NCBI GenBank assembly: GCA_963724765.1
Contig: CAVRVY010000004.1
Location: 96,001-160,000, forward strand
Length of the DNA stretch: 64,000 bases
Reading direction: 5' to 3'
From: an uncultured delta proteobacterium
GTDB taxonomy: Bacteria > Desulfobacterota > Binatia > Binatales > Binataceae
Under the pieces are notes generated by a model. It made no database searches, was not told where the DNA came from, and saw nothing but the letters and a program-made list of their open reading frames with translations. Positions 27,343 through 37,390 of the stretch are shown here, in pieces. Within the stretch, counting starts at the first letter, position 1. Every line of letters starts with the position of its first letter. The position numbers were made by a program, and so were the translations under genes.

Positions 27343-28563
27343 TCAAACCACGCCCGACTGTTTGAGCGCGGCCAGGCGCTCGCGCGGCACGCCGCACTCT
27401 CCGCAGTACACTTCCTCGTCATGCTGGCCCAGCCGCGGCGCCGGCCGGCGCAGCGACCATTTGATCTTGCCGTACTGCGAGGGCGCGCCCGGCAGCGTCA
27501 GCTTGCCCATCCCCGGCTGATCGAACTCGACGAAGTATTTGCGCTCGTGCAGATGCTCGTTTTCGTACATCTGCTGCATCGTGTTGACCGGCGCGAACGG
27601 GATTCGCGCCTCCTGCGCCGCCTTGTACAGGTCGGTCACCTTCCACCCGGATATCCACTCGGTCATCAATGCCTTGAGCGCGTCCATGTTCTGCGCGCGC
27701 GACACGCGGTCCTTGAAGATCTCTTCGCTTGCCCACTCGGGATTGCCCATCAACTGGACCAGGCGCTTCCACTGATCCTCTTCGACCGCGAGGACGAAAA
27801 TTTTGCCGTCCTGGCAGTCGGCGAGGAACCACGGGCCGAGCGCGCGCGAGCCCAGGCGCGAGGTTTCACGTCCGGAGTAGGTCCAGTGCATGAAATTCAT
27901 CTCCAGCATCGCCGCGATCGCCTCCTGCTCGGAGACGTCGATCGCCTGGCCCTTGCCGGTGCGCAGCTTGTAGCGCATCGCCGCCAGCGAGGTCAGCGCG
28001 GCGTGCGCACCACCCTGGAAATCGCACTGTGCGCCGAAGGGCTTGAGCGGCGGCAACTCGGGATAGGGCGACGCTCCCGGGCTAAGGTACGCCCAGCCGC
28101 CGGCGTTCGAGACGTTCAGTTCGTAACCGCGCCAGTTCGCACGCGGGCCGCGGTCGCCATACATCGAGATCGACGCGACGATCAGCCCCGGGTACTTCGC
28201 GCACAACTCCGCGCTATCGAGACCCTGATTCGCGCGCTCGTACGGCGGCACGTTGTGAATCAGGATGTCGGCCTTCTCGAGCAGGCGGCCCAGTAACTCG
28301 CGTCCCTCGGGCTTGCCCAGGTCGGCCGTCACGCCGCGCTTGTTGGTGTTGAGGTAAACGAACAGCCCGCTCTTTTCGGGGTCGGACTTATCGTTGGGAA
28401 ACGGGCCGCGGCGGCGCGTCAGATCGCCGCTCGGCGGCTCGACCTTGATCGCTTCCGCGCCCAAGTCGGCGATCATCTTGGCACCGAAGGCGGCCGATAC
28501 TCCCTGGCCGCATTCGACGACCCGGAGGGCGCCGAGTCCACGTGGGTCTTTCGCTGTGCTCAT
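27343..28563 (-). CDS. Family III CoA-transferase (BbsE-like)
   Basis: ADLGAEAIKVEPP.GD..RRRGPF, YLNTNKRGVT.DL, APRLGQH. Confidence 0.9.
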   Translation of the reverse strand: MSTAKDPRGLGALRVVECGQGVSAAFGAKMIADLGAEAIKVEPPSGDLTRRRGPFPNDKSDPEKSGLFVYLNTNKRGVTADLGKPEGRELLGRLLEKADILIHNVPPYERANQGLDSAELCAKYPGLIVASISMYGDRGPRANWRGYELNVSNAGGWAYLSPGASPYPELPPLKPFGAQCDFQGGAHAALTSLAAMRYKLRTGKGQAIDVSEQEAIAAMLEMNFMHWTYSGRETSRLGSRALGPWFLADCQDGKIFVLAVEEDQWKRLVQLMGNPEWASEEIFKDRVSRAQNMDALKALMTEWISGWKVTDLYKAAQEARIPFAPVNTMQQMYENEHLHERKYFVEFDQPGMGKLTLPGAPSQYGKIKWSLRRPAPRLGQHDEEVYCGECGVPRERLAALKQSGVV

Positions 28564-28567
28564 GGTC

Positions 28568-29536
28568 TTACTTTATTACGATCGGGTTGACCGGTGAACC
28601 GGCCCCGCCGACCACCTTTAACGGAGCGCCCACGAACAGGAACGTGTACTGGCCGTCTTTGGCGCAGTCCTCGGCGAGGTCGTGCGTCCAATCGATTTCG
28701 TTGAAGATCACGCCCTGGTAATGGAGCAGCGCCATGTGCAGCGGGATCATCGTGCCGCTCTCTTCATGAAAGGTCTGCTCGGTGGCGATCGTGTCGCTGC
28801 CGACCGACGGGATCTCCATCTCGTGGAACCACTTGGCCAGCTCAAGGCTGTAGCCCAGCCCCGGCTCGTTGAACACGCCCTTGGGGAAGATGCCCTCGAT
28901 GCCCTTGTCGTAGAAGCGCTTGAGCCATCCGGTGTGGACGATGATGATGTCGTGCTTCTCGATCGGCGAGTTCTGCTTCTTGGCCGCGGCGAGCAGGTCG
29001 TCGAGCGTGATTCGCTCGCCGGCGTCCAGGCTTTCCTTGCCCTTGAAGCGCGCCGCGTCGATCAGCACGCCACGTCCCACAACGCCGTGCTCGGCGATCG
29101 GCTTGATCGAACACTTCTCCAGGCTGCCCATCGTGGTCTTGGCGTCGTAGCCGTTGTAGAGCGTGTCGCCGTGCCAGACGTGACCCAGCGCGTCGTACTG
29201 GGTGGTGCCCTGCAGATACATCGTGATCACGTCGTCGGCGTACTCCAGCCCGCCGGGGAACGGCTGCGCCTTGCCGCTGATGTAGTGGCCCTTGTCCATC
29301 GCATTCGTGCGAATTGGCTGCGAGCGCGAGGGATAGAGCGGGTCGCCCTGCGGCCGGGCCACCGGCACGCCCAAGGTGAAGACCTTGCCCTGCTTGACGG
29401 CGCGGACGCCGCGCAGGACCTCGGCGCTGGTCAGGAAGTTGAGCGCGCCGATTTCGTCATTGGGTCCAAAACGGCCCCAGTTTTTGGGCGCGTCCTTCAG
29501 AAGCTCGCTGAAATGTACGGGTTTGGTGGCTGCCAT
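28568..29536 (-). CDS. Cyclase family (kynurenine formamidase-like) metal-dependent hydrolase
   Basis: NWGRFG..DEIGALNFL, QGTTQYDALGH, GRGVLID, HTGW, GSD, GGAGSPVNPI; GAGGAG SD. Confidence 0.88.
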   Translation of the reverse strand: MAATKPVHFSELLKDAPKNWGRFGPNDEIGALNFLTSAEVLRGVRAVKQGKVFTLGVPVARPQGDPLYPSRSQPIRTNAMDKGHYISGKAQPFPGGLEYADDVITMYLQGTTQYDALGHVWHGDTLYNGYDAKTTMGSLEKCSIKPIAEHGVVGRGVLIDAARFKGKESLDAGERITLDDLLAAAKKQNSPIEKHDIIIVHTGWLKRFYDKGIEGIFPKGVFNEPGLGYSLELAKWFHEMEIPSVGSDTIATEQTFHEESGTMIPLHMALLHYQGVIFNEIDWTHDLAEDCAKDGQYTFLFVGAPLKVVGGAGSPVNPIVIK

Positions 29537-29837
29537 AGTGCTCCTCTTGCCAATAAGCTCAAGCAATCTCGTTCCTTACCGCGTTATGCCTTCTGACGCA
29601 AACCTAACACGATCCGGCAGTAGTCCCATTGCGGATCAGTGGCTTGGGCGATCGGTGCTACCGTCAGCCATAATCGATATGCGACGCCGGCTGCCAGTCG
29701 CGGCCGCGCAGCACGCGCTTGGCCGCCTTTGGCGTGGGCATCTGACACGACGTCCGCTTTGGCGGTATGCTATGAATAGTTCCCTATGGGACTTACGCAC
29801 CGGTCGATAAACCCTGGCTTCTCGAAGGAGCGTGTTG

Positions 29838-31229
29838 ATGACAACGCTGAAGCGTCGACGCTATTTGTCGCTGCTCACCTGCTGTCTTGTTGCGGTTTTA
29901 TGGACAAGTGGTCATTCATTCTCGGTCGCGTGGGCGCAGGCAGAAGCTCCGGGAGAGGCTCCGCCGCCGGAGGCCGCGGCTCCGGTTGCACCGGAGGCGC
30001 CGGCGCCGCTTTCAAGTGACGAACTCAACCAGTTGGTAGCGCCGATCGCACTGTATCCGGACGCCCTGGTCGCACAAATCCTGGCCGGCTCGACTTATCC
30101 AACCGAGGTCGTCGAAGCAGCCCGCTGGCAAGGCGCAAACTCTGGCCTCAGCGGGGGCAGCCTGGCGGCGGCCGTCGACAGCCAGGATTGGGACCCCAGC
30201 ATCAAGGCGCTGACCCAATTTCCTTCGGTGTTGGCGAACATGAACAACAATCTCTCGTGGACCTCCGCGCTTGGCCAGGCCTACTACTATCAACCCGAGG
30301 ACGTACTCAACGCCGTTCAGGTGATGCGCCAAAGAGCGCTCGCCGCCAGGACACTGGTGAACACGCCTCAACAAACGGTAGTCGATCAGAATGGCGTGAT
30401 CATGATCGAGCCGGTCAATCCCGATGAGGTTTATGTTCCGAACTATAATCCTGGTGCTATATACGGCGCCCCGGAGGCGATATACCCAGGATACTCGATG
30501 GGAGAGATGATCGGCGCCGGAGTATTGGCGTTCGGCGCCGGCGTGGCGGTCGGTGTGCTTGCGAACCAGGCGTGGGGATGGCACGGCTGGAATACCGACT
30601 GGCATCACCATCATGTGATGTATCAAAATAATGCATACGTTTCGAATACCAACACCTTTGCCTCTGTAGGTTCCTATGGTGGAGGGTATCGCGGCGGTGG
30701 CGGCGGTAACTTCAACCGCCAGGGAGGGCTCAGCGCTCCCGTCGCTGGCCGTCCGCAGGCAGCCGCCGGACGCGGCCCGCGCGAGATGGGCGCTCCGGCC
30801 GCCGCGGCCCGTCCCGAGGCAGGCGCCAGACCAGCCAACCGACCCGGCGCGCCGGAAAATCGCGCGGCTAACGAGAATCCGCAGGTGGCCAATCGCGGTC
30901 CACGCGAGATGGGCGCTCCGGCCGCCGCGGCCCATCCGCAGGCAGGCGCCAGACCAGCCAACAGAGCCAACGCGCCGGCAGCTGTGCGAAATAACCCCAG
31001 GCCGCAGGCCAATCCCTACCGCGGCTTTGCCAAGGCTCCGGCTACAGGCCTGAACAAAACCGCTTTCGCCAGGATCGCTCCAGGTCGCGAGGCTATAGCG
31101 GCCAGCGCCCGTGGCCAGGCCAGCTTGGGTCGGGCGCCGGCCCGCGCAGCGGCACCGGCTCACGCTGCTGCGCGACCTGCCGCACGACCTGCCGCGCGGC
31201 CAGCTGCGCCTGCGGCCCATAAGCGTTGA
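29838..31229 (+). CDS. DUF3300-family exported protein with low-complexity C-terminal tail
   Basis: LNQLVAPIALYPDALVAQIL..STYP, WDPSIKAL.QFP.VL, YVPNYNP; AAGGAG SD; Ala/Arg/Pro-rich tail. Confidence 0.88.
   Translation: MTTLKRRRYLSLLTCCLVAVLWTSGHSFSVAWAQAEAPGEAPPPEAAAPVAPEAPAPLSSDELNQLVAPIALYPDALVAQILAGSTYPTEVVEAARWQGANSGLSGGSLAAAVDSQDWDPSIKALTQFPSVLANMNNNLSWTSALGQAYYYQPEDVLNAVQVMRQRALAARTLVNTPQQTVVDQNGVIMIEPVNPDEVYVPNYNPGAIYGAPEAIYPGYSMGEMIGAGVLAFGAGVAVGVLANQAWGWHGWNTDWHHHHVMYQNNAYVSNTNTFASVGSYGGGYRGGGGGNFNRQGGLSAPVAGRPQAAAGRGPREMGAPAAAARPEAGARPANRPGAPENRAANENPQVANRGPREMGAPAAAAHPQAGARPANRANAPAAVRNNPRPQANPYRGFAKAPATGLNKTAFARIAPGREAIAASARGQASLGRAPARAAAPAHAAARPAARPAARPAAPAAHKR
30771..30963 (+). 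repeat. Intragenic direct repeat, about 70 nt x2, period 123 nt
   Basis: CGCGGCCCGCGCGAGATGGGCGCTCCGGCC... at 30771 and CGCGGTCCACGCGAGATGGGCGCTCCGGCC... at 30894, encoding RGPREMGAPAAAAxPxAGARPANR. Confidence 0.85.
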
Positions 31230-31319
31230 GCAGAGCAAGGCCTCGAGGCGAGCCTGGAGGATAGACTGCGCAACGCGCCCCTGGGGGATGCCAGGGCCTT
31301 ACCAAATAAGGAAAGAGCA

Positions 31320-32393
31320 ATGCTTCAAGCGAGAGACTATAAGCGAGCAAGCGTCGGCGGCCGGCTAATCCTAAAGATCCTACTCATCGGCATGGTAGTC
31401 GGCGGGTTTGGCGCCTCGCGGACCACCTTCGCGCAGGAGGCTGGGCAGAAGACCTTCAGCTCGCCCGCCGCCGCGGCCGACGCGCTGGCCGCGGCCGCAC
31501 AGAAACAGGATAAACAGGAAATGATGGCGATTTTAGGTCACTCCGGCCAGGAATTGATTTTCTCCGGGGATCGAGTTGCCGACAAGGAAAACAGTAATCA
31601 TTTTGTCGAGAAGTATCATGAGATGCATCGGTTCGTTACCACCCGCTCGGGACGAGTGTTCATATATATAGGCGCGGAGAACTGGCCGCTTGCAATTCCG
31701 CTCAAAAAAAACGGCGCCAAATGGTATTTCGATACATCGTACGGCAAGCAGGAGGTACTATATCGCCGGATTGGGACTAACGAGCTGAATGTGATCAAAG
31801 TCTGCCAGGAAATAGTCAATAGCGAGCGGGAATACTATGCCGCTCTCCACGACGGCAGCTCGTTGCATCAATATGCTCAGAAATTCAGAAGCACTCCCGG
31901 AAAGCAGGACGGTCTATACTGGGAGGTCAAGTCAAGTGAGCAGCCGGAAAGTCCTCTGGGTCCACTGGTAGCCGAAGCCGCCAGTGAAGGCTACAAGCAT
32001 CACTCTCACCATGCCGCGGGGCAACCTCGTCCTTTTCACGGTTACATCTACCGGCTGCTGACCAGGCAAGGGGCGGCTGCGCATGGAGGAGCCCAAAATT
32101 ATATCGCTGATGGCAAGATGACCGGCGGGTTCGCGCTGATTGCGTATCCGGTCCGCTATCGCGACTCCGGAGTGATGACCTTCGTGGTTAACCAGGACGG
32201 CCAGATCTATCAAAAGGACTTAGGTCCACAGACCAGCCAGATCGCTTCCGAGATGGAAGAATACAATCCGGACAGCACTTGGCAGCCGGTCAAAGAAGGC
32301 GAGGGAACAGACGTCTCTGATGTCAGAAAGCTGATCCTTCAACGGCCCTGGGATGTAGCCGCTTGGGTACTGCTCGAGGGCCTGGACGCGTAG
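31320..32393 (+). CDS. DUF2950-family exported protein
   Basis: QKTFSSP..AA.AL, WPLAIPL.K....WYFD, RRIG.NEL, YAQKFRS..GKQDGLYW, PFHGY.YR.L, GFALIAYP..Y..SGVMTF.VNQDG.IYQKDLG. Confidence 0.9.
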   Translation: MLQARDYKRASVGGRLILKILLIGMVVGGFGASRTTFAQEAGQKTFSSPAAAADALAAAAQKQDKQEMMAILGHSGQELIFSGDRVADKENSNHFVEKYHEMHRFVTTRSGRVFIYIGAENWPLAIPLKKNGAKWYFDTSYGKQEVLYRRIGTNELNVIKVCQEIVNSEREYYAALHDGSSLHQYAQKFRSTPGKQDGLYWEVKSSEQPESPLGPLVAEAASEGYKHHSHHAAGQPRPFHGYIYRLLTRQGAAAHGGAQNYIADGKMTGGFALIAYPVRYRDSGVMTFVVNQDGQIYQKDLGPQTSQIASEMEEYNPDSTWQPVKEGEGTDVSDVRKLILQRPWDVAAWVLLEGLDA

Positions 32394-32465
32394 CCAGAGG
32401 ACGCCGGCTCCCACCTCGGCGATCTGCTCCAATATTGTTGGCTCGTCCAGGAGGAATCGGCCCGT

Positions 32466-34143
32466 TCAGCGACCTTTCTTCTTCAGCTCCAGACGCTTGA
32501 TTTCACGCTCGCGGAGGTCGCGGCGGCGAATTTTGCCGGTGACCGTAACCGGAAACTCGTCCATGAACTCGAACTCGCGCGGATACTCGTGCGCCGCGAG
32601 CCGGGTCTTCACGTGCTTCTGGATCTCGTCGATCATCTGATCCGAGGGCTGATGGCCCGGCAGTAGCTTGATGAACGCTTTGATCGATTGGCCGCGCCGC
32701 TCGTCCGGCACGCCCACCACCGCGACGCGCATGAGGCGACCGCCGGATGCTCGATTATCTTCGCTTCGACCTCAGCCGGGCCGACCCGGTAGCCCGAGGT
32801 CTTGATTACGTCGTCGGAGCGGCCCTGAAAATAGATATATCCCTGGTCGTCCATGTGACCGTTGTCGCCGCTGATGCACCATCCGTTGACGAACTTCTCC
32901 TTCATCGCTTCCGGGGTCTTCCAGTACTGCTTCATCACCACCGGGTCTTCTACGCGGATCGCGATTTCGCCGGTCTCGCCGTTTTTAACCGGGATGCCGG
33001 TGTGCGGGTCGACCACGGCGACCTCGTGGCCGGGATAGGCCTTGCCGAGCGGCTCGAGGCTGGCTTTTTCGAGCGCGGTGCAGTTACCGATGAAGTAGTT
33101 GGCCTCGGTCTGGCCGAAGGCCTGGTTGAATTCGACCTTAAGCTGATCGTCGACCCATCGCGATAGTTCCGGGCTGACCGGCTCGGCGCCGCTGACGATG
33201 CATCTCAGGCGGAGCTCGCGATACTTCTCGCGCGGGTTCTTGACCTCGCGCAACGACTTGAGTGCGGTCGGCGGATAGAGCCCGACCGTCGCGCCGTACC
33301 GCTCGAGCAGCCTGAGCGTGACATCGGGATCGAAACGCGCCTTGCTGCGATAGGCGAGCACCGGGATTCCGTAGGGCCAAATCGCGAGCAGGCCGTCGAG
33401 CAGGCCGCCCGCCCACGCCCAATCGGCCGCGCTGTAGTAAAGGTCGCCCGCGCGCAGGAAATTGTAGGAGTAATCGATCCCGTTGTGGCCCAACACGTAG
33501 CGCGCGACGTGCAGCACGCCCTTGGGATCGCCGGTCGTGCCCGAGGTGTACATCAGCAGGATCGGATCCTCGGCATGCGCTGGTCCCATCGTGAAATGGT
33601 CGGAACCTTTGGCGATGAGATCGTCGAAGGCGAGGCCGCCCTTGTTGCCGCCGGCGATAATCACGTGGCGCAATTCGGGAACGTCCTTGCGGATCGGTTC
33701 GAGCTTCTCGACGCTTTCGGGCTCGAGCAGAATCGCCTTGGCCGCGCTGTTGTTGAGCCGGTACATAGCGCGTCGGGGCCGAACAGTTTGGAAATCGGCA
33801 GCGCGATCGCGCCGATACGATAGAGTCCCATGTGGGCGATCGCGGTCTCGGGCCGCTGCGGCAGATGCACCGCAACCACGTCGCCGCGCTTGATTCCCAG
33901 CCCGGTCATCGCGTTGGCAAAACGCCGGCTAAGCTCGCCGATCTTGCCGAAGGTGTAGGTCTCGACCCGCCCCTCGTCATCCTCGTAATAGAGCGCAGGT
34001 TTGTCGCGCAGGTCGGTGTGGCGATCGAGGCAATCGACGGCGACGTTGTAGTCGGCCGGGATGTTCCATCGATGGCGCGCGCAGGCGTCGGCGATACTTT
34101 TCGCGCCGTGGACGGTCTGCTCGCGAAGGCCGATGATGCTCAT
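32466..34143 (-). pseudogene. AMP-forming acyl-CoA synthetase with two frameshifts
   Basis: Three frames give one continuous ANL-family protein: MSIIG...KLFGPDAL / MYRLNN...YTSGTTGDPKG...FGQTE...GRSDDVIK.SGYR...HPAVASCA / VVGVPDE...TGKIRR. Breaks at about 33767 and about 32725; GGAGGAG SD at the start. Confidence 0.82.
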
Positions 34144-34377
34144 GCTGAACTCCTCCGATGTGGCTGTCGTATGCATCTGCGCGTACGACTTTCCGGCGCG
34201 CTCCGGCAATACCGTGCCGCCACCTAAGATGGAGCGTAATCTGTCCGCGGAATTCCATCAACTTCATTTTCGCGCCCCCGCGGCAGCGCCGCCTCGCCTT
34301 CCCGGCGTCGTTCTGATTTGATCGGCATGATCCACAGGCGGCCACCGATAAAGGGTCAAGCCAGGAAGGGATTTGCG

Positions 34378-35085
34378 ATGGCGAAAGTCTGGGTGCTGCA
34401 GCACCATCCGGCCGAGAACCTTGGCGCGATTGCCGAGGCGTTGGAAGCGGCAGCGCTGGCATGGCAATACGTGCGCGTCTTCGACGGCCATCCCGTGCCC
34501 GTCGACATGAAAGGCGCGGGCGGACTTATCGTGATGGGTGGGCCGGAGGCGGCTTACCAGCTCGATCGCTATCCATACCTGCGCGCCGAGATGGCGCTGA
34601 TCGAAAACGCACTCAAGGCCGGACGGCCGGTGCTCGGCGTGTGCCTGGGAAGCCAACTGCTGGCGTCGGCGCTCGGAGCCAACGTGCGGCGCGCCGCGCA
34701 CAAGGAAATCGGATGGTATCCGGTGCGGCTTCGCCCCGAGGCTAACGATGACCGCTTACTTCGCGGACTACCCGAGGAATTCGTCGCCGGCCACTGGCAC
34801 AGCGACATCTTCGATCTGCCGGCCGGCGCGGTCGCGCTCGCCTCGTCGGAGCTGACCGAGTTGCAGGCCTTTCGCTACGGCGACCACGCCTGGGGATTGC
34901 TGTTTCATGCCGAGATGACGCAGCGGATCGTCGCGGCGCTGGTGAGCGAGTTTGGCGAGGGACTGAAGCGGGTCGGAATCGACGGCGACGAGATTCTCGC
35001 GTCGGCGCCCGCGCATCTGGCCGCTTTGAGCAAAGTCGCCGAGACGATCTTCGGCCGCTGGGCCGCTCCAATCCAGGGAACGTGA
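34378..35085 (+). CDS. Class I glutamine amidotransferase-like protein
   Basis: VMGGP, LGVCLGSQL (catalytic Cys), EIGW, WHSD, FHAE (His-Glu). Confidence 0.9.
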   Translation: MAKVWVLQHHPAENLGAIAEALEAAALAWQYVRVFDGHPVPVDMKGAGGLIVMGGPEAAYQLDRYPYLRAEMALIENALKAGRPVLGVCLGSQLLASALGANVRRAAHKEIGWYPVRLRPEANDDRLLRGLPEEFVAGHWHSDIFDLPAGAVALASSELTELQAFRYGDHAWGLLFHAEMTQRIVAALVSEFGEGLKRVGIDGDEILASAPAHLAALSKVAETIFGRWAAPIQGT

Positions 35086-35157
35086 CGCAGGGGACCTGAT
35101 CGGCCGAGCCGCTATCTTCCGGCGCGACACGCCGGGGAGGGTGCGGATAAGCACAAA

Positions 35158-35265
35158 ATCGCTCCGCGTCGATCCTTCACTTCGGCAACCTTCGTTGAGG
35201 ATTACAACAAAAAAAGCTTCCTTTCTGTCATCCTGAGCGTCAGCGAAGAATCTCCGCGGAGCGAT
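35158..35265. repeat. Long imperfect palindrome/REP-like element between convergent genes
   Basis: Outer perfect 11-bp IR ATCGCTCCGCG/CGCGGAGCGAT enclosing GATCCTTC...CGTTGAGGATTACA and TGTCATCCTGAGCG..CGAAGAATC. Confidence 0.7.
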
Positions 35266-35280
35266 GATCTTTTTCCTCTC

Positions 35281-36138
35281 CTAGTAGATCACTGACGGCA
35301 GATAAGCCCCGGCCGGCTCGTTATAGAGCCCGACCGTCATCAGAGTCATCGGTTGAACGATCCGCAGTCCGCTGTTCAGGCACCAGCGCATCAGTTCGCT
35401 GTTGCGCGTCGGCACAAGAAGCCCGGGACCGCCAAATGACCGCGCCGCGCCGATGAGCGCCTTGATATCGTCGTTGGTCTCGCCAACGGTGTGGCCGAAG
35501 AAAGCGATCGCTGAAGTATAACCCGTGATGCGTCCGGCGCGTTCGACGATCGCGCCGTAGCCCGGCCGGAGCGCGTCGCGCATCTCGCCGCTGCGGTCGT
35601 GGCCGTGGATGCGGATGCACAGGCGGCCACATTCCTCCAGGTCGCTCGCGCGCGCCGGCCGCACGGCATATCCGGGGATGGAAAGATTGAGCGCCGGGCC
35701 CTGGAAAACGCTCAGCGGCTCGCGCGAATCGAAGCCCAGCTTAGTGTAGAGGCTGAGCGAGCGGCAATGATACGCCGACTGAACCAGCCGCACGGCGGGA
35801 AAGTTGCGGGCGGCGGTACGCTCCATCACAGCCTGCATCAGGCGTCGCCCGATCGCGCGGTTCTGGACCGCGGGGTCGACGGTTATCGGTCCGATGCCGG
35901 CGATCGGATTGCGTTCGTCTAGAAAATTGCTGCCGACGATCCGGCCGTCGAGTTCGGCGACCACTTTGTAAAAACCCGGGCTCGCAAGCAGGTAGGAGAG
36001 CACCGTGACCGCGTTTTCGGCACTGGGAAAATCGGGAGGAAAGTTGTGCTCGTCGGCGATCGACTTGAACGCCTCGTAAGCGATCCTGCCGCAGGCCTGC
36101 GCGTCTTCGGGTTTGCCTTCCCGCAGTTTCATGTCCAT
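35281..36138 (-). CDS. GNAT N-acetyltransferase (two-domain)
   Basis: VAELDGRIVG, IGPITVDPAVQNRAIGRRLM acetyl-CoA motif, SLYTKLGF; GGAGAG SD. Confidence 0.88.
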   Translation of the reverse strand: MDMKLREGKPEDAQACGRIAYEAFKSIADEHNFPPDFPSAENAVTVLSYLLASPGFYKVVAELDGRIVGSNFLDERNPIAGIGPITVDPAVQNRAIGRRLMQAVMERTAARNFPAVRLVQSAYHCRSLSLYTKLGFDSREPLSVFQGPALNLSIPGYAVRPARASDLEECGRLCIRIHGHDRSGEMRDALRPGYGAIVERAGRITGYTSAIAFFGHTVGETNDDIKALIGAARSFGGPGLLVPTRNSELMRWCLNSGLRIVQPMTLMTVGLYNEPAGAYLPSVIY

Positions 36139-36307
36139 TGCGCTCTCTCCTCGATGCGCGTCGTTCACGCAATCATTTTTCCGATCTATCGCGCCCGTAA
36201 GACAAGTGACCGTAGCATGCTGATTCGGGCATTTTGAGACTGAGCCGCCACCGCACACTGGCGGCGCCTGTGCGCAGCGATTAGATTGGAAAGCGAGGGA
36301 ACCCACG

Positions 36308-36799
36308 ATGGACGCTAGAGTGCACATTCATCTTTCGGTCTCGGACATGGCTCACAGCCGCAGCTTTTACGAGAAGTTTTTCGGCGTCGCGCCAGCCAAG
36401 GACAAGGGCGACCATCTGAAGTTCGTGCCGCCATTCGCGCCGATTAACCTCGCCATCTCGCCCAGGCGCGCCGGAAGCGATGGCACGCCGGCGATAAATC
36501 ATCTCGGCGTCGAGGTCGATTCCAGCGAGACCGTGTTGCGCCATCTCGAACGCGTCAAGGCCGCCGGACTCCGCGTGCGCGAACAACTGAACGTCAGTTG
36601 CTGTTACGCCAATCAGTGCAAGTTTTGGATCGAGGATCCCGACGGGGTCGAGTGGGAGATCTACCACGTCAACTATGACCTCGAAGAGAAGCACGGCAAG
36701 CCGGTGGATGGCGCGGCGGCCTTTGCACTCGCGCCGCGAGTGATTAATGAACCGGCGACGGCCTGCTGCTCCGGCCGTCGCGCGGACGGCGTGAACTGA
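36308..36799 (+). CDS. ArsI/CadI-family VOC (glyoxalase-fold) protein
   Basis: VHIHLSV, FYEKFFG, NHLGVEV, vicinal CCYA, WIEDPDG.EWEIY, extra C-terminal CC. Confidence 0.85.
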   Translation: MDARVHIHLSVSDMAHSRSFYEKFFGVAPAKDKGDHLKFVPPFAPINLAISPRRAGSDGTPAINHLGVEVDSSETVLRHLERVKAAGLRVREQLNVSCCYANQCKFWIEDPDGVEWEIYHVNYDLEEKHGKPVDGAAAFALAPRVINEPATACCSGRRADGVN

Positions 36800-36805
36800 G
36801 TCCCA

Positions 36806-37390
36806 CTAGATAACCTGACTCGACGGATCGAGTAGCAAGCCCATAGTGCGTGCGTGCTCGAAGGCGAGCAGCTTCTTTTTGATCTCCAGGCCCCATCGAT
36901 AGCCCGTGAGCTTGCCATCCGCGCCGATCGCGCGATGGCACGGGATCAGGATCGACACCGGATTGGAGCCGTTGGCATGGCCGACGGCGCGCGCCGCCGA
37001 CGGCCGCCCGATACGCGCCGCGATCTCGCCGTAGCTGCGCGTGGCGCCCTCGGGAATCGCACACAGCTCGCGCCAGACGCTGAGTTGAAACGGAGTCCCG
37101 CTGACCTCCAGCGGCACGTCGCATCGCGCCGTCTCGCCACGCAGGTAGCGCAGCACGGCCTCTACGGCCGGTCGCGCAGCGCCGTCGTCGCGAGTGATTT
37201 TGGCTTCACGGAAATCGCGGCGCAGTTCGCTCTCCTGCCATTCGTCGGACTCGTGCATCGAGAGCGCGCAGATGCCGCGCGCGGTCACCGCGACCAGCAT
37301 CCTGCCGAACGGCGAATCGACGATGGTATAGCTGATTTCCGCGCCGCGTCCGCGCGGCCTCCATGCGGCGGGAACTATTGATTGGTTCAT
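36806..37390 (-). CDS. ogt: Methylated-DNA--protein-cysteine methyltransferase
   Basis: GTPFQ..VW, SYGEIA, ARAVG.ANGSNP, PCHR active site, GYRWG. Confidence 0.9.
   Translation of the reverse strand: MNQSIVPAAWRPRGRGAEISYTIVDSPFGRMLVAVTARGICALSMHESDEWQESELRRDFREAKITRDDGAARPAVEAVLRYLRGETARCDVPLEVSGTPFQLSVWRELCAIPEGATRSYGEIAARIGRPSAARAVGHANGSNPVSILIPCHRAIGADGKLTGYRWGLEIKKKLLAFEHARTMGLLLDPSSQVI

Noticed and set aside
32720-33770. Programmed ribosomal frameshifting in the acyl-CoA synthetase
   Set aside because: No slippery heptamer or homopolymer at either break; two independent breaks fit decay or assembly error better
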